From a virus (lineage: Duplodnaviria > Caudoviricetes), in the IMG/VR virus record IMGVR_UViG_3300032167_000048: a DNA stretch of 64,000 nucleotides; one strand, written 5' to 3'. The stretch's first letter is position 1; the number at the start of each line of letters is the position of its first letter. This document shows positions 19,587 to 30,052 of this stretch, one piece after another. Both the position numbers and the translations under genes were made by a program. The notes under the pieces were generated by a model. The model did not search any database. It was not told the DNA's origin and saw only the letters and a list, made by a program, of their open reading frames with translations.

Positions 19587-19730
19587 TTAGTAATCAATTT
19601 CTTTTCCACAACGAGGACAATATTCAAAATCGTCCACATCAAAGTCACTCATTGCATTACTTGATACTACATAACCACAATGTTCGCATTCAAATCTTCT
19701 TCCTTTGTATTCTTCTGTATCTGTCACCAT
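19587..19730 (-). CDS. 47-aa zinc-ribbon protein (not in ORF track)
   Basis: MVTDTEEYKGRRFECEHCG...YCPRCGKEIDY; AAAGAGG RBS; stop abuts the junction site. Confidence 0.7.
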   Translation of the reverse strand: MVTDTEEYKGRRFECEHCGYVVSSNAMSDFDVDDFEYCPRCGKEIDY

Positions 19731-19745
19731 ATAAATTTTACCTCT

Positions 19746-20105
19746 TTATTTACCTTTATACGACTCTGGAAGTGGTTGCCACGCTACAACATTATGAGCT
19801 TCATAATATCCCCACTCTGAATCAAAATCATAAAAGCCTGCTCTATTTATATCACAAAAATCATATTCATCCACTTCGTAAAGATTTGTACTGAATGACA
19901 ACACTTCAAATAATTCGTGATTGCCAAAGTTGCTCTGACACAAATATTCTCCATCTTCTTTTGGCAGACCTTCGCTTGTTGGATTCCATTTATTCCAATC
20001 TTCATCCACCCAAACACCCTTTAACTCATGAATATATTCATATAAAATATCTGAAGGTAGACCTAATAATTCTAATACATCAGATTTTTTAATCCATTCT
20101 TCCAT
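19746..20105 (-). CDS. DUF551-like phage protein
   Basis: WNPTSEGLP...VVAWQPLPE motifs. Confidence 0.7.
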   Translation of the reverse strand: MEEWIKKSDVLELLGLPSDILYEYIHELKGVWVDEDWNKWNPTSEGLPKEDGEYLCQSNFGNHELFEVLSFSTNLYEVDEYDFCDINRAGFYDFDSEWGYYEAHNVVAWQPLPESYKGK

Positions 20106-20357
20106 AACTTACCTCATAAAACCTTTATTTTATCACCTTAAAATTCATAAGTTACTTTAACTTTTAAAATATGAAACTCTTCAGGTTCGTCATATGTGCT
20201 TAATTCATATTCACAACTTTCTTTACTCATCAACAAATCATGTTCCATAACATCAGTTTCATTTCCACAACGATAAAACTTTAGGGGAAATTCTTTTGAT
20301 GCGATGCAATATTTTTCTTCTGATATAATCATTTTAATACCTCTTAAAATCTTTGTT

Positions 20358-20864
20358 TTATAACTTTGTTTCATTATTAGCAGATGTAACATCCCAATAC
20401 TTAGTAGTTGATAAAGAATCTGATAATTCACTAATAGTATTACTAATCGTGTTGAAATTATTTGCACAATCTTGAATTGCTTTATCATAATGTTTTAATT
20501 TTTCTACATTCCATGATACATGTCTATTAGATGACGTATATCTATTATTGTCTGCAATATCTGTTATACTCATTGCTTTAATCTTACTATGTAATCCAAT
20601 GTTATATAACATCTGTTGTAACACAGATTCTGTATCGTCTACCAAAATACCATTGTCAAGACTTCTATTTCCTCTAATTTTATCTGAAAACACATCGCCA
20701 ACACATAATGGCTCTGGAATATTTAAATGTAATTCTTTTGCCATATGTAATAAAACATTTTTTTGCGCTAAGCTACTACACAAAATTGGTGCATCATTAA
20801 ATTCACTTGCATAAAGCAATCTTGTTGTTTTGCCTTGACCTCTACCTAAGTTAATAATCTTCAT
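20358..20864 (-). CDS. Small P-loop-containing protein
   Basis: GRGQGKTT at the N-terminus; ILVDD Walker-B-like motif. Confidence 0.6.
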   Translation of the reverse strand: MKIINLGRGQGKTTRLLYASEFNDAPILCSSLAQKNVLLHMAKELHLNIPEPLCVGDVFSDKIRGNRSLDNGILVDDTESVLQQMLYNIGLHSKIKAMSITDIADNNRYTSSNRHVSWNVEKLKHYDKAIQDCANNFNTISNTISELSDSLSTTKYWDVTSANNETKL

Positions 20865-23031
20865 AATTTACTCCTTATTGACCTAATAACTCTTTGCTTA
20901 GTTTTACAAAATTACTTCCAGAAGAATACAATCCATCATATCTATCATTTCTTTCTGCTTTTCTTAATTCATATTCAAGAGCTTCTGAATCTTCTTTCTT
21001 GCAACTTAACATCATTTGCCAAGTTAAACCATCTACATAATCATGCTGATGTTTATTTTTAACATGATTATATGGTGGGTGTATTTTTAATGATGGAGTT
21101 ACTAATTTAAAAATTTTTAATCTCATATCATATGAGACATAATCTATGTTTGCTAAATAATAATTTCTATTTCTATAATCCATATTAACCTCTTATTCTA
21201 CGCTCTTAATGACACAAACATTGTGAACAATAATTGTTTCGCCATAAATTGTTTCTATCCTTATCCAATTTGAAACCTGATTTGTTCTAAATTCAAAAGA
21301 TAATACATCACAAAATGTTTCTTCTTTTCCATTATATTTAATTGTTTTTAATTTCATCACTTAAAATCCTCGTTTTATAACTCTCTAACCTTAAACAAAT
21401 TATATGTCATAGTTTCTTCATATGCTTTTGCCATTTTGTCAAATGCTTCTTTATCTCTAAAAATAAATTTGTTCTCAAAATATATTACGTCAGTTCCTTC
21501 TGGCATAGTCGATTCATATTCGTAACCATACATTTTTTTATAAAACCAATTTATAATTTTATATTTGCTATATTTCTTTTGCTTCTTTATTTGTTGAGCA
21601 ATAATACATGGTATACCAAATAATAATTCATTCATTTTTTACCTCTTAAAACTAATCTTTTATAACCTTATTAAAATGTTCTCATTTCCATTTCTTCATC
21701 TGAAATACAATCACATTCTATCTGTGCATCAAAGTGTTCGCTTAAAAGACCAAGCCAATCATGTTCTGTAATGCTATGACCAGAAGCCCATTCAACACCA
21801 TTTACTTCAAGAATCTGCCAATCTCCAGATTCACAATTTGTTACTTTTACATGTTTCATATTATTCACCTCTATTAGAAATTTCTTCAACACAAACATAT
21901 GCATAATGTGTATACTCTTTATCATAAGCAACTGTAAATTCTGCATCTTCAAGTGCTTTTACAATTTTCTTTAAACTTTCTGTATCAGAAGCCTTTATCT
22001 CTGCAATCTTCATAATTTTTAACATATGCTTTACCTCTTAAAATGTTAGTTTTAACATGTGCAACGCCATTGCCAATGTCCGTCCCAGAACACTTTCTCA
22101 TAGTACTTGCACCCTTTACAACCAATTGTCTTTCTTTTTGATTTACTTACTTTTCTTTTACAAAAGAAAGCCATATCTTTTACCCCATAAAATTAAACTT
22201 TTATAATACTCTTATCCATGTGTTGTTGTGAAACACATAATCTTTATCCAAACATTCTTCTATACAAATGTCTCCGTTTTTAACCTTATCTGAATCAACA
22301 CAAGAAATATTTTCTGTGTGGATAATACCATCTTTATCTCTGTACCATCCACCACAATAACCATCATATTTCTTTTTTAATTCTCGATATTCTTTAACAA
22401 AAAGCTCTTTGAACCATAATTTATAAAATTCAAATGTATTTTTTGCATTAAGAAACTGCATATAATAATTTTCTCTATCTGTTTCATATGCAATCATTTC
22501 TTCTTTTGAATTAAATTCTATAAATTTCATATTACCTCTTAAAATTCAGCTTTTACGTTCCCATATTCCAATAGCAATATGATAATGCAACCACCATACA
22601 TCGATAACACTACAATTAATATATCTATAAATCCAAGGTTGCCATACAATTGTTGGAACAAATGAAAATATATAATTATCATTACCAACACAAAATTTAA
22701 TTGTCGGTTTAATTCTATATTCTTTTCTATTTTCTTTTAATCTAATTGAATCTTTAATTAACTTCATTTTTCTCAACCAATCTAAATGTAAATCTAGTAT
22801 TTTCAGTTTTTACGATAATCATATCATTCACATATTCCACACTCTGAATCACACTTGTATGAATTCTATGTGCAAGTTCTCTAAAACAACCATCTTCAAT
22901 CCAAAGAAACCAGCCGCGCTCCCCAACATTAAAATATGCTGGGTAAGCGATTCTGCCCAATACTCCTTCATAAATTGGATTATGGTCATTAAACTCTTCA
23001 ATTTCTTCAATAATATATTTTTTATTATACA

Positions 23032-23367
23032 TTATTCATCTTCCCCTACTTCAAATAACTTATTTCTATTGTTCCAAACATAATCTGCAAATACATCAAA
23101 ATTCATCATTACTTGATTATATACATCAATTTTAACCGCATCTTTCTCTCTGTCTCCACCACACCAAGAAGTGATAACCACTTCCCATTCGGCTTTTGAC
23201 CAGAAATAATAGAATAATTCTGACTTAAGCTGTTCTATAAAATCTTCTTTAATAAAACATTCTCTTGCAGCCTTTTTTACATTTTTGCAAAAACTATAAT
23301 GGTCAAAAATATTATAAGCTTCAATTTTTTTCTTATTAATATTATGGTGATATACATTCCATTCCAT
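23032..23367 (-). CDS. Hypothetical phage protein
   Basis: MEWNVY start after GAGGT RBS; YYFWSKAEWE...KIDVY. Confidence 0.7.
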   Translation of the reverse strand: MEWNVYHHNINKKKIEAYNIFDHYSFCKNVKKAARECFIKEDFIEQLKSELFYYFWSKAEWEVVITSWCGGDREKDAVKIDVYNQVMMNFDVFADYVWNNRNKLFEVGEDE

Positions 23368-23380
23368 ATTAATTACCTCA

Positions 23381-24562
23381 TTAAATATTATCAAGCCAGC
23401 TTAAATCAACATCTTTATTATCTATAACGTTGCTACTTGTAGGAACACTATTGCCTAAAAGCCCACCAAACATATCATTGTTGTTTTGAGATGCTTCAAG
23501 TCTATTACAATATTCATCATATGGTTTATGAAGACTTCTACTATAACCACATAAGTTTGCGAAGTAATAACTCTGTTCTTTTACAGATTCATCAGTATCC
23601 CAGAAACATCTATCACTATGAGCCTCTCTATAATCGGCTTCTCTAAGTTCAATATCTTTAATAGTTGTTGATACATGAGTAGTCCATTTCTCAATCAGCT
23701 TCTCTACTAAATCAACATAAACATAACAATCTGAAATCACGTATTTTGCTCTTACTTCTTCTGGAAGACAAGTAATATCATTTGTATCAAGTAGTTCTTT
23801 TAGATATTTATCTGGTTCATATCCAAAATGTTTCAACCAAGTTTTTGCATTACTCTGTAGACTTTCTCCAATTTTACAACGTTCTGATTCTCTTGTTTTA
23901 ATAGCACCATTTTTCTGCTCATACTGAATAGTTACATATTTTAAGAAGTTCCAACAGATTTTAATCTTATCCATTGGTATACCCTGCTGATGCAATCCAA
24001 TTGCATATAATACCAACTGACCACATTCATTCTCTGCTTTTGCACCCTTATAAATACTAGATGTTTTAAAGTCCACGATATTAATACAATCATCTTCGTC
24101 TCTAAAAGCACAGTCGATATATCCTTGAAATAAGTTGCCATCAATCATGATTTTTACAAACTGTTCAATAATTGGTTTCTGCTTTAATACCGTATGATTA
24201 TTAAAGAAGTGAACTAAATTTTCATAATACTTATCTTTAATTTTCGTATTTTTTTCTTCATCTGTTCTATCAAATTTTAAGTCAGCGATATTAACAGCAA
24301 CTGTCCAACCATCTTCAAACTGACCAATCATGTCGCTATATTCAATTTGATTTGTATAAAACTTTTCTAAGATATCATGTGCCAAACCACCAGTTGTCGT
24401 ATAAATAGAGTTTGCTCTATCTTCTTTTGCTTTTTTAATATATTTTAAATAATATTCATACGGACTTGTATGAAAACAATTAATTTTAGACCATGACCAA
24501 ATACGGTCAACGCCTTCTTTTTTCATAAGAGCCTGTAACTGCTCACTCGTTAATCTAGCCAT
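23381..24562 (-). CDS. PD-(D/E)XK (RecB/Cas4-like) nuclease
   Basis: WSWS; G..AHDILE; GYID...IVDFKT; QLVLYA. Confidence 0.88.
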   Translation of the reverse strand: MARLTSEQLQALMKKEGVDRIWSWSKINCFHTSPYEYYLKYIKKAKEDRANSIYTTTGGLAHDILEKFYTNQIEYSDMIGQFEDGWTVAVNIADLKFDRTDEEKNTKIKDKYYENLVHFFNNHTVLKQKPIIEQFVKIMIDGNLFQGYIDCAFRDEDDCINIVDFKTSSIYKGAKAENECGQLVLYAIGLHQQGIPMDKIKICWNFLKYVTIQYEQKNGAIKTRESERCKIGESLQSNAKTWLKHFGYEPDKYLKELLDTNDITCLPEEVRAKYVISDCYVYVDLVEKLIEKWTTHVSTTIKDIELREADYREAHSDRCFWDTDESVKEQSYYFANLCGYSRSLHKPYDEYCNRLEASQNNNDMFGGLLGNSVPTSSNVIDNKDVDLSWLDNI

Positions 24563-24590
24563 TCATTTACCTCTTTTATTTATTTGTTTT

Positions 24591-24619
24591 ATTATAACAT
24601 TATTAGTTATATTTGTCAA
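24591..24619 (-). promoter_or_regulatory. sigma-A promoter that would drive the nuclease gene and array A
   Basis: TTGACA-17-TATAAT. Confidence 0.85.
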
Positions 24620-24637
24620 TATGTTTTTTGGAAAAAA

Positions 24638-25012
24638 TTACATTTCCAACGCTAATACGTTATCTTTATCATAGTCACTATATATTTTATTAACGCCAAG
24701 ATTATTGTAAATCTCACTGATTTCTCTGCCGTCACGCATAATAACTTTTACGAGCCATCTGCCAAAACTATCTGTATCGGCTGCCTCGTCATTTTTCTCT
24801 GATTTAATAATAACATCTTTATATAAGAAATTTTCTTCTGCATATTTTTTTACTATTAAACCAAGAATTTTTTCTTCACCAAATTTTTCTGGTGTATCAA
24901 CATCTAATAATCTAACTCTTTCATGGACATGAATATTAAAACCTAAATCAATATCCATATCAAATGTATCGCCATCAACAATATTTGTTATTGTAGCTTG
25001 GTATTCGTACAT
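24638..25012 (-). CDS. Thermonuclease (SNase) family protein
   Basis: IVDGDT...IDLGF...RLLDVDTPE...DSFGRWL. Confidence 0.88.
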   Translation of the reverse strand: MYEYQATITNIVDGDTFDMDIDLGFNIHVHERVRLLDVDTPEKFGEEKILGLIVKKYAEENFLYKDVIIKSEKNDEAADTDSFGRWLVKVIMRDGREISEIYNNLGVNKIYSDYDKDNVLALEM

Positions 25013-25017
25013 AATAC

Positions 25018-25287
25018 TTACTCCATAATTTTTTCAAATCTCATTTTCTGTTTTACATCTGGATATTTTTCATGGTCTACTTCTGACATGAACATATCCA
25101 ATGGTCTACACCATACACAATCTGGATTGTCAACACTTTTATAAATAATCATTGGTTCTGCTGTTTCACTATGCACAGCAATATTCATAACAAAATAAAT
25201 ATTTCCTTTAAAATGTCTGTATTTATAACCAACAACATGGTCTTTCATATTGTTTACTTTTGCTTGTACATTCATTCTATTATCCAT
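25018..25287 (-). CDS. DUF1653 protein
   Basis: YRHFKG..Y...AVHSET...WCRPLDMFMSEVD...RF; start taken after the RBS at the 25300 site. Confidence 0.85.
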   Translation of the reverse strand: MDNRMNVQAKVNNMKDHVVGYKYRHFKGNIYFVMNIAVHSETAEPMIIYKSVDNPDCVWCRPLDMFMSEVDHEKYPDVKQKMRFEKIME

Positions 25288-25326
25288 AATATCACCCCTT
25301 AAAATCACCATTTTATTGCCTTTTAA

Positions 25327-25374
25327 ACACAATATATTGTGTCGTTATTTTTAATAATACACTATATATAGTAT
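25327..25374. promoter_or_regulatory. Tandem NrdR-box pair
   Basis: acacaatatattgtgt (25327, perfect palindromic consensus) and acactatatatagtat (25359); 32-bp spacing. Confidence 0.8.
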
Positions 25375-25571
25375 TAAATATCTTTATATTCACACATATC
25401 TGTAAAATCATCTGGTGAATTTTTAAATCCAACTCTTGAATAATCCAAACCACCATCTACATATACAGTTCCACATTTGCATTCTACAAAATCGTGTCTA
25501 TGTTTGGACTCAATTACTTCTACACAATGATTACACTTAATTGCATTTCTAATTAATTTCTTTTCATTCAT
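25374..25571 (-). CDS. Small Zn-binding phage protein
   Basis: IRNAIKCNHC..IES.HRHDF..CKCG...VDGG.DY.R motif. Confidence 0.8.
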   Translation of the reverse strand: MNEKKLIRNAIKCNHCVEVIESKHRHDFVECKCGTVYVDGGLDYSRVGFKNSPDDFTDMCEYKDI

Positions 25572-25574
25572 TTT

Positions 25575-26648
25575 TTAAAACCTCTTTTTTAAACTCTTCT
25601 CATATTTTTCATGTTGCGTTGTATCATAAACAATTCTGTTATCAAACAGATATTGGAAATCTTTATCACGCGCATCTGCTGGACTATCTTTAGCAGATAA
25701 GATATCCCATTTATCTTTAATGTAGCTTACTTTTCTGCCTCTCCAAAATTTTTCGCACATATGCCATACTTCTTCGTCTCTAATGTCTTTATCCATAGCT
25801 ATCACTATTTCTACATTTAAGCCCCAAAGAATATTTATCTGTTCGTCACTCAACGTGTGACCAGATAATGCCACGCCAGTTTCATCAAACAAACTATCTC
25901 TTTTTAAAACGCTTTTTTCTGCTTCATATACAACCACATAACCAGCCTTTTTAATTGATTCGCTGTTTTCATATAATCCGTATAAATTTAATAGCTTTGG
26001 ATATGTTGGTGTAATAAAATATTTTTTAATCCCAAATTCATTATAGTTTTCTACCGTAGTTCTCTGATTAAAACCAAGCAGCTCACCAGTAAGCCAATAT
26101 TTCATAGGAATAATTACACGTTTATATTTATAACTATAAGCCAGAGCAAATTTCTTTCTGGTCTTTTCTGTTATACCCTCTCTTAACCAGTCAATATGCA
26201 ACATTGGAATATAATCATTCATTAGTTTATCATCTAAAATATGAATATCATCAACATCTATTGTTCTTTTTTTACCACAAGCACGCTTAAATACTTCAAG
26301 AGGGTCGAATTTTTTCTTGGGCTTTTCCGCTCTTTTATATTCATATTTAATCCCAAGAATATTATGTATATATTTAATTGCCTCAATAATAGACATATTT
26401 TTATTATATTGGACTAGAGTTACAATGTCAGAACCTTCGCCAAACTCTTTTTCTCTAGTCCAATTTGTTACGCTCAAATACTCGTTATTTCTTACATTAA
26501 TAGCGCCTTTGTTATCGCCATTAAAATTACCACATGAATAAAATTCTTTTTTAGGATGATAAACTATACTGTGACAACCAATTTCCTCTAAGATATATTC
26601 TATTTTTTTATTTTTCCAAATATACTCTTTTAATTCACCAATTGTCAT
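25575..26648 (-). CDS. DNA primase (TOPRIM)
   Basis: LYGL; VYEAEKSV; AMDKD; KDSPAD; adjacent to the helicase. Confidence 0.85.
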   Translation of the reverse strand: MTIGELKEYIWKNKKIEYILEEIGCHSIVYHPKKEFYSCGNFNGDNKGAINVRNNEYLSVTNWTREKEFGEGSDIVTLVQYNKNMSIIEAIKYIHNILGIKYEYKRAEKPKKKFDPLEVFKRACGKKRTIDVDDIHILDDKLMNDYIPMLHIDWLREGITEKTRKKFALAYSYKYKRVIIPMKYWLTGELLGFNQRTTVENYNEFGIKKYFITPTYPKLLNLYGLYENSESIKKAGYVVVYEAEKSVLKRDSLFDETGVALSGHTLSDEQINILWGLNVEIVIAMDKDIRDEEVWHMCEKFWRGRKVSYIKDKWDILSAKDSPADARDKDFQYLFDNRIVYDTTQHEKYEKSLKKRF

Positions 26649-26672
26649 AATCTTCTACCCTACATCCTTATT

Positions 26673-28154
26673 TTAATAATCTTGAATTACGTTACAATAA
26701 CCTAAGTCTTCGTATTTATTTATTGAAAAATCTGCCTCGCTAATAATCTGAACATCACTCATACCATGTCTGTTTTTGCTTATAAAGCCAATCATATAAT
26801 GTTTATCTTTTTTCAGTCTAAACTCAACGTTACTACTACTGTTTTTGATTGGGTTATAGCAATACAGCTCATCTTTGCCACCCTCATACTCTGTTTGGAG
26901 CGGTCTTCTAAAAAATACATTAACACTAAATACGTCTAATATACCTTTAGAAACACCAATATCTGAATTTGTAAGGTATTTACTTTTATTTTTTACAAGC
27001 TGATATGTAATAACCATACAAGTATCTGTATGTTTGATACAATCATAAAAATCTACGCAATCTGTCATAAGAGATTTCCAAGACTCTTTATCACGAGAAT
27101 CGTAACTTTCTTTTAATGTATCCAATACTATAACATCAACTCCCATTTTAGAATATTTTTTAATTAACTTTACAACAGTTTTTGCGGTATACTGTTCTAA
27201 TGGGATAATTGTTATATTTTTTCTTTCTTTTAAGCTTTCAAACCATTCAGCTGCTTTATATAAAACCTCTTTAGTCTCCTTATCAAATCCGCCATCTCTA
27301 AGGATTCTTTTAGGTATTGGATGTTTTAAAATATTTGAACAATACCAAACAATCGCTTCTTTTTTAAACTTATTTTGGTCTTCTTCATTGATAATAAATA
27401 AAGCTCTTAGGTCTTTATCCATTATTGTTGGGAATATATAGTTAATGCTTAAAGTAGATTTACCAACACCGCTCGATGCTCCAAATCCTATAATGTTACC
27501 ACCTAACATACCACCAGTTTCAGCATTTAATATTTTGCAATTTTTAAATGGGATTCCAACATTCTTACCAGCGTCTAACTCTTCGATTAAATTTTTCATG
27601 CCATCAAAACCATTATATGATTTGATGTTGTTGTCTACATTGGCAAAAATATCATTTAAATAAACTGTATATTCGTCATACAGTTCTTCTGTTGACATAT
27701 CACAAATTTCACTAAGTCTCTTTTTATCACAAGGAAATCCATATTTAATTAATTTAGCAACTGTATTCCACTTTCTTAAATCTGTTACATAACTTTCAAA
27801 GTTTTCTTCTTGAATATAAGCGGTTGCATTTTCAATGGTCTGATATCCGCCATATTCATTATAATACTTGTCTGCTAACTGAGAATGCTTATCTAAATAC
27901 AAGCCGATATCTACTTCAGATAACGTTACCTTTTTCTCGTTAATAATCATATCTCTTGCTATTTCAAAGTATACCTTCCAACAATTGTGGTGAAAGTCAT
28001 TTATAGTTAAATTTGTTTCTCTTAACAAATCTGGATTTTTATATATCATTGAAACAATAGATGCTTCGTCACCTAATTTGTATTCAAGAATTTGTTTCGC
28101 AGCTTCCGCCTGCTGTTTTTCAAATGGAGTCGGTTTATTATTTTTTTCTGCCAT
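26673..28154 (-). CDS. DnaB-like replicative helicase
   Basis: GASSGVGKST Walker A; VLDTLK Walker B; TYQL; KNRHG. Confidence 0.9.
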   Translation of the reverse strand: MAEKNNKPTPFEKQQAEAAKQILEYKLGDEASIVSMIYKNPDLLRETNLTINDFHHNCWKVYFEIARDMIINEKKVTLSEVDIGLYLDKHSQLADKYYNEYGGYQTIENATAYIQEENFESYVTDLRKWNTVAKLIKYGFPCDKKRLSEICDMSTEELYDEYTVYLNDIFANVDNNIKSYNGFDGMKNLIEELDAGKNVGIPFKNCKILNAETGGMLGGNIIGFGASSGVGKSTLSINYIFPTIMDKDLRALFIINEEDQNKFKKEAIVWYCSNILKHPIPKRILRDGGFDKETKEVLYKAAEWFESLKERKNITIIPLEQYTAKTVVKLIKKYSKMGVDVIVLDTLKESYDSRDKESWKSLMTDCVDFYDCIKHTDTCMVITYQLVKNKSKYLTNSDIGVSKGILDVFSVNVFFRRPLQTEYEGGKDELYCYNPIKNSSSNVEFRLKKDKHYMIGFISKNRHGMSDVQIISEADFSINKYEDLGYCNVIQDY

Positions 28155-28163
28155 TATTCTCTC

Positions 28164-28838
28164 CTACCATAAATTCGAAAATCTATCTTTCTTCTTTTCT
28201 TTTGGTTTATATTCAACCCCAACATGATTCACAATTTCTACTGTTGTATTTTTTGCTTCTTCTTTTGCCTTTTCAACATTTTTCATTCTGATGTATATAT
28301 CATTAATATTTTGTTCTACAATTTTTAAGGCAACATTAAATCTATGCATTTCATCATTAAATCTGCTTGTTCTAAAAACATTATGAATAGTTGGAGAGCA
28401 AAATTTAAAAGTGTTCAGAATAGTCTGATATGAATAATCGGCAGTAGATTTAGTATTATTATTCTCCATAAACTTATTGGTTAATAATCCTTTTAATCTA
28501 AGAGCCATTTTTTGAGATAATGCTTGTTTAGGGTCATATCCCATAATATTAACCTTTACATATTGATAAAGCTCATCCCAATCTTTATTATCTTTATCAG
28601 ACATCTTTTTTACTTTTTTCTCTGGTTTAACATCTTCTTCTTTTTTGCATCCACAAGACTTAACACGTTTTTGATTTAGGTCGCTACCACGAACAGCGAA
28701 GTCTTTTGTGCCACATTCGCAGTCACAATACCAAACAACATGCCTTTTATCGTTTGGCGCTCTTCCAGTTACCGTGAGCAAACCAAATTTTTTACCAGTC
28801 AAATCATTAGGTTTTGCCATGTTCTCACTCCTATCCAT
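28164..28838 (-). CDS. Replication-module protein with N-terminal DLTG.KFG.L / CDCECG / SCGC domain
   Basis: N-terminal motif usually found in HNH/AP2-associated proteins; no HNH catalytic motif seen. Confidence 0.6.
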   Translation of the reverse strand: MDRSENMAKPNDLTGKKFGLLTVTGRAPNDKRHVVWYCDCECGTKDFAVRGSDLNQKRVKSCGCKKEEDVKPEKKVKKMSDKDNKDWDELYQYVKVNIMGYDPKQALSQKMALRLKGLLTNKFMENNNTKSTADYSYQTILNTFKFCSPTIHNVFRTSRFNDEMHRFNVALKIVEQNINDIYIRMKNVEKAKEEAKNTTVEIVNHVGVEYKPKEKKKDRFSNLW

Positions 28839-28851
28839 TATTTATTTTATA

Positions 28852-28877
28852 ACCCTGCGACTATATGGTCGCAGGGT
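28852..28877 (-). terminator. Stem-loop after the AAA ATPase gene
   Basis: accctgcgac-tatatg-gtcgcagggt inverted repeat. Confidence 0.55.
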
Positions 28878-28886
28878 GTATGTTTA

Positions 28887-29975
28887 TTATTTACAAACAG
28901 CTAATACTTCTTTCGCTACATTTAAATCATCGATTTCATTTGGATTTCCAAATCCTTTTTCTTTATAAATCGCCATTGCTGGTTTAATGGCATCCATATT
29001 TGATTTATTTGCAACAAAGAATTCAACAATTTTAGCTTTAACTTCTTCTAATTCTTTTTCTGCCTTTGCTTTTGATTCAGCTTCTGCAAGACGTTTCATA
29101 TTTTCTACTTCTTCTTTTTCATTTTCTTTTTTGCGGTCTTCTACAGACTTTCCACCTTTTTTCACTTCGGCTTCTAAAGCATTCTTCATTGCTTCAATAA
29201 ATTCATCTGCATCAAAGTTAATTTCATTAGTAATCTGACTCATACGGCTTCCGCTATCTACTGTATAGTTGTCATCTCTAAACTTAATTTTTCTTGTTTC
29301 AGATTTTACATTAACAACTTCCTTACCATTAACTTTTCCTTTTACAAGTTCTCTATCAATGTATGCAATACCAACTAAGTCAATATTCTTTTTAAGCTGA
29401 TTGAAGTATCTCTGAGATACATCTGAAGTAATCTGCTGATATGATTCATTTGTAATTGGGTCTGTAATAGTTGTCTGACGGACATGACCGATTACACTAA
29501 ATGCAACTCCAACATTTCTCAGTCTAAAGAGCTGTTCCTGAAGAAGTTCCATAGCTTTGTCCTGACCTTTCATATAACCGCCCCAAGCAGCATTGATTGC
29601 AGTTGTTCTCTTAGCTGGATTTTCTTTGTTCCATAATCTAATAGATTCCTGCTCTGCAAGCTGAAGTGCATTATCAAGTGTATCTAAGAATACAACTTTT
29701 AAATCAGCATAGTCAGTTGTTCTATTATCAACAATATCATCAATGATTTCTACAAATGTTTCCCAATCTGGAACATCTTCATAAATGATATCTTCGATAT
29801 ATTTTGCACCATTTTCACGATACATTTCTAAAAAGATATAATTATCTCCTACTAATTTTTCTGCAACTTCTTTCATGATTGTTGTCTTACCAATCTTAGG
29901 AAGACCTAATAAACAGATGTTTGCATCAAGTGGATTAAGTGATACGTGATTTTTCTTACCAAATTTTCTTGCCAT
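28887..29975 (-). CDS. AAA_24 / Sak4-like ATPase
   Basis: GLPKIGKTT; VFLDT; VIGH. Confidence 0.85.
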   Translation of the reverse strand: MARKFGKKNHVSLNPLDANICLLGLPKIGKTTIMKEVAEKLVGDNYIFLEMYRENGAKYIEDIIYEDVPDWETFVEIIDDIVDNRTTDYADLKVVFLDTLDNALQLAEQESIRLWNKENPAKRTTAINAAWGGYMKGQDKAMELLQEQLFRLRNVGVAFSVIGHVRQTTITDPITNESYQQITSDVSQRYFNQLKKNIDLVGIAYIDRELVKGKVNGKEVVNVKSETRKIKFRDDNYTVDSGSRMSQITNEINFDADEFIEAMKNALEAEVKKGGKSVEDRKKENEKEEVENMKRLAEAESKAKAEKELEEVKAKIVEFFVANKSNMDAIKPAMAIYKEKGFGNPNEIDDLNVAKEVLAVCK

Positions 29976-30052
29976 TTCATATACCTCTTTTCATTCTTTT
30001 AATTGTTAGAGGGATAAATTAATATCCCTCTTATAAGTTTATTTGTTATGTA

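Larger units (their letters stand above)
18537..22555. repeat. Array A: 12 TAAAA-N6-TTTTA junction sites between small ORFs
   Basis: Sites start at 18537, 18749, 19048, 19264, 19571, 20117, 20345, 21362, 21647, 22039, 22188, 22540. Confidence 0.92.

Noticed and set aside
23381-24562. Cas4 as part of a CRISPR-Cas locus
   Set aside because: No array or other cas genes; solo PD-(D/E)XK nucleases are routine in phage replication modules.
25576-25591. Extra TAAAA-N6-TTTTA match at the primase 3' end
   Set aside because: The RBS lies inside the spacer rather than after the arm, and the match overlaps Lys/Phe codons, so it may be chance; not counted.
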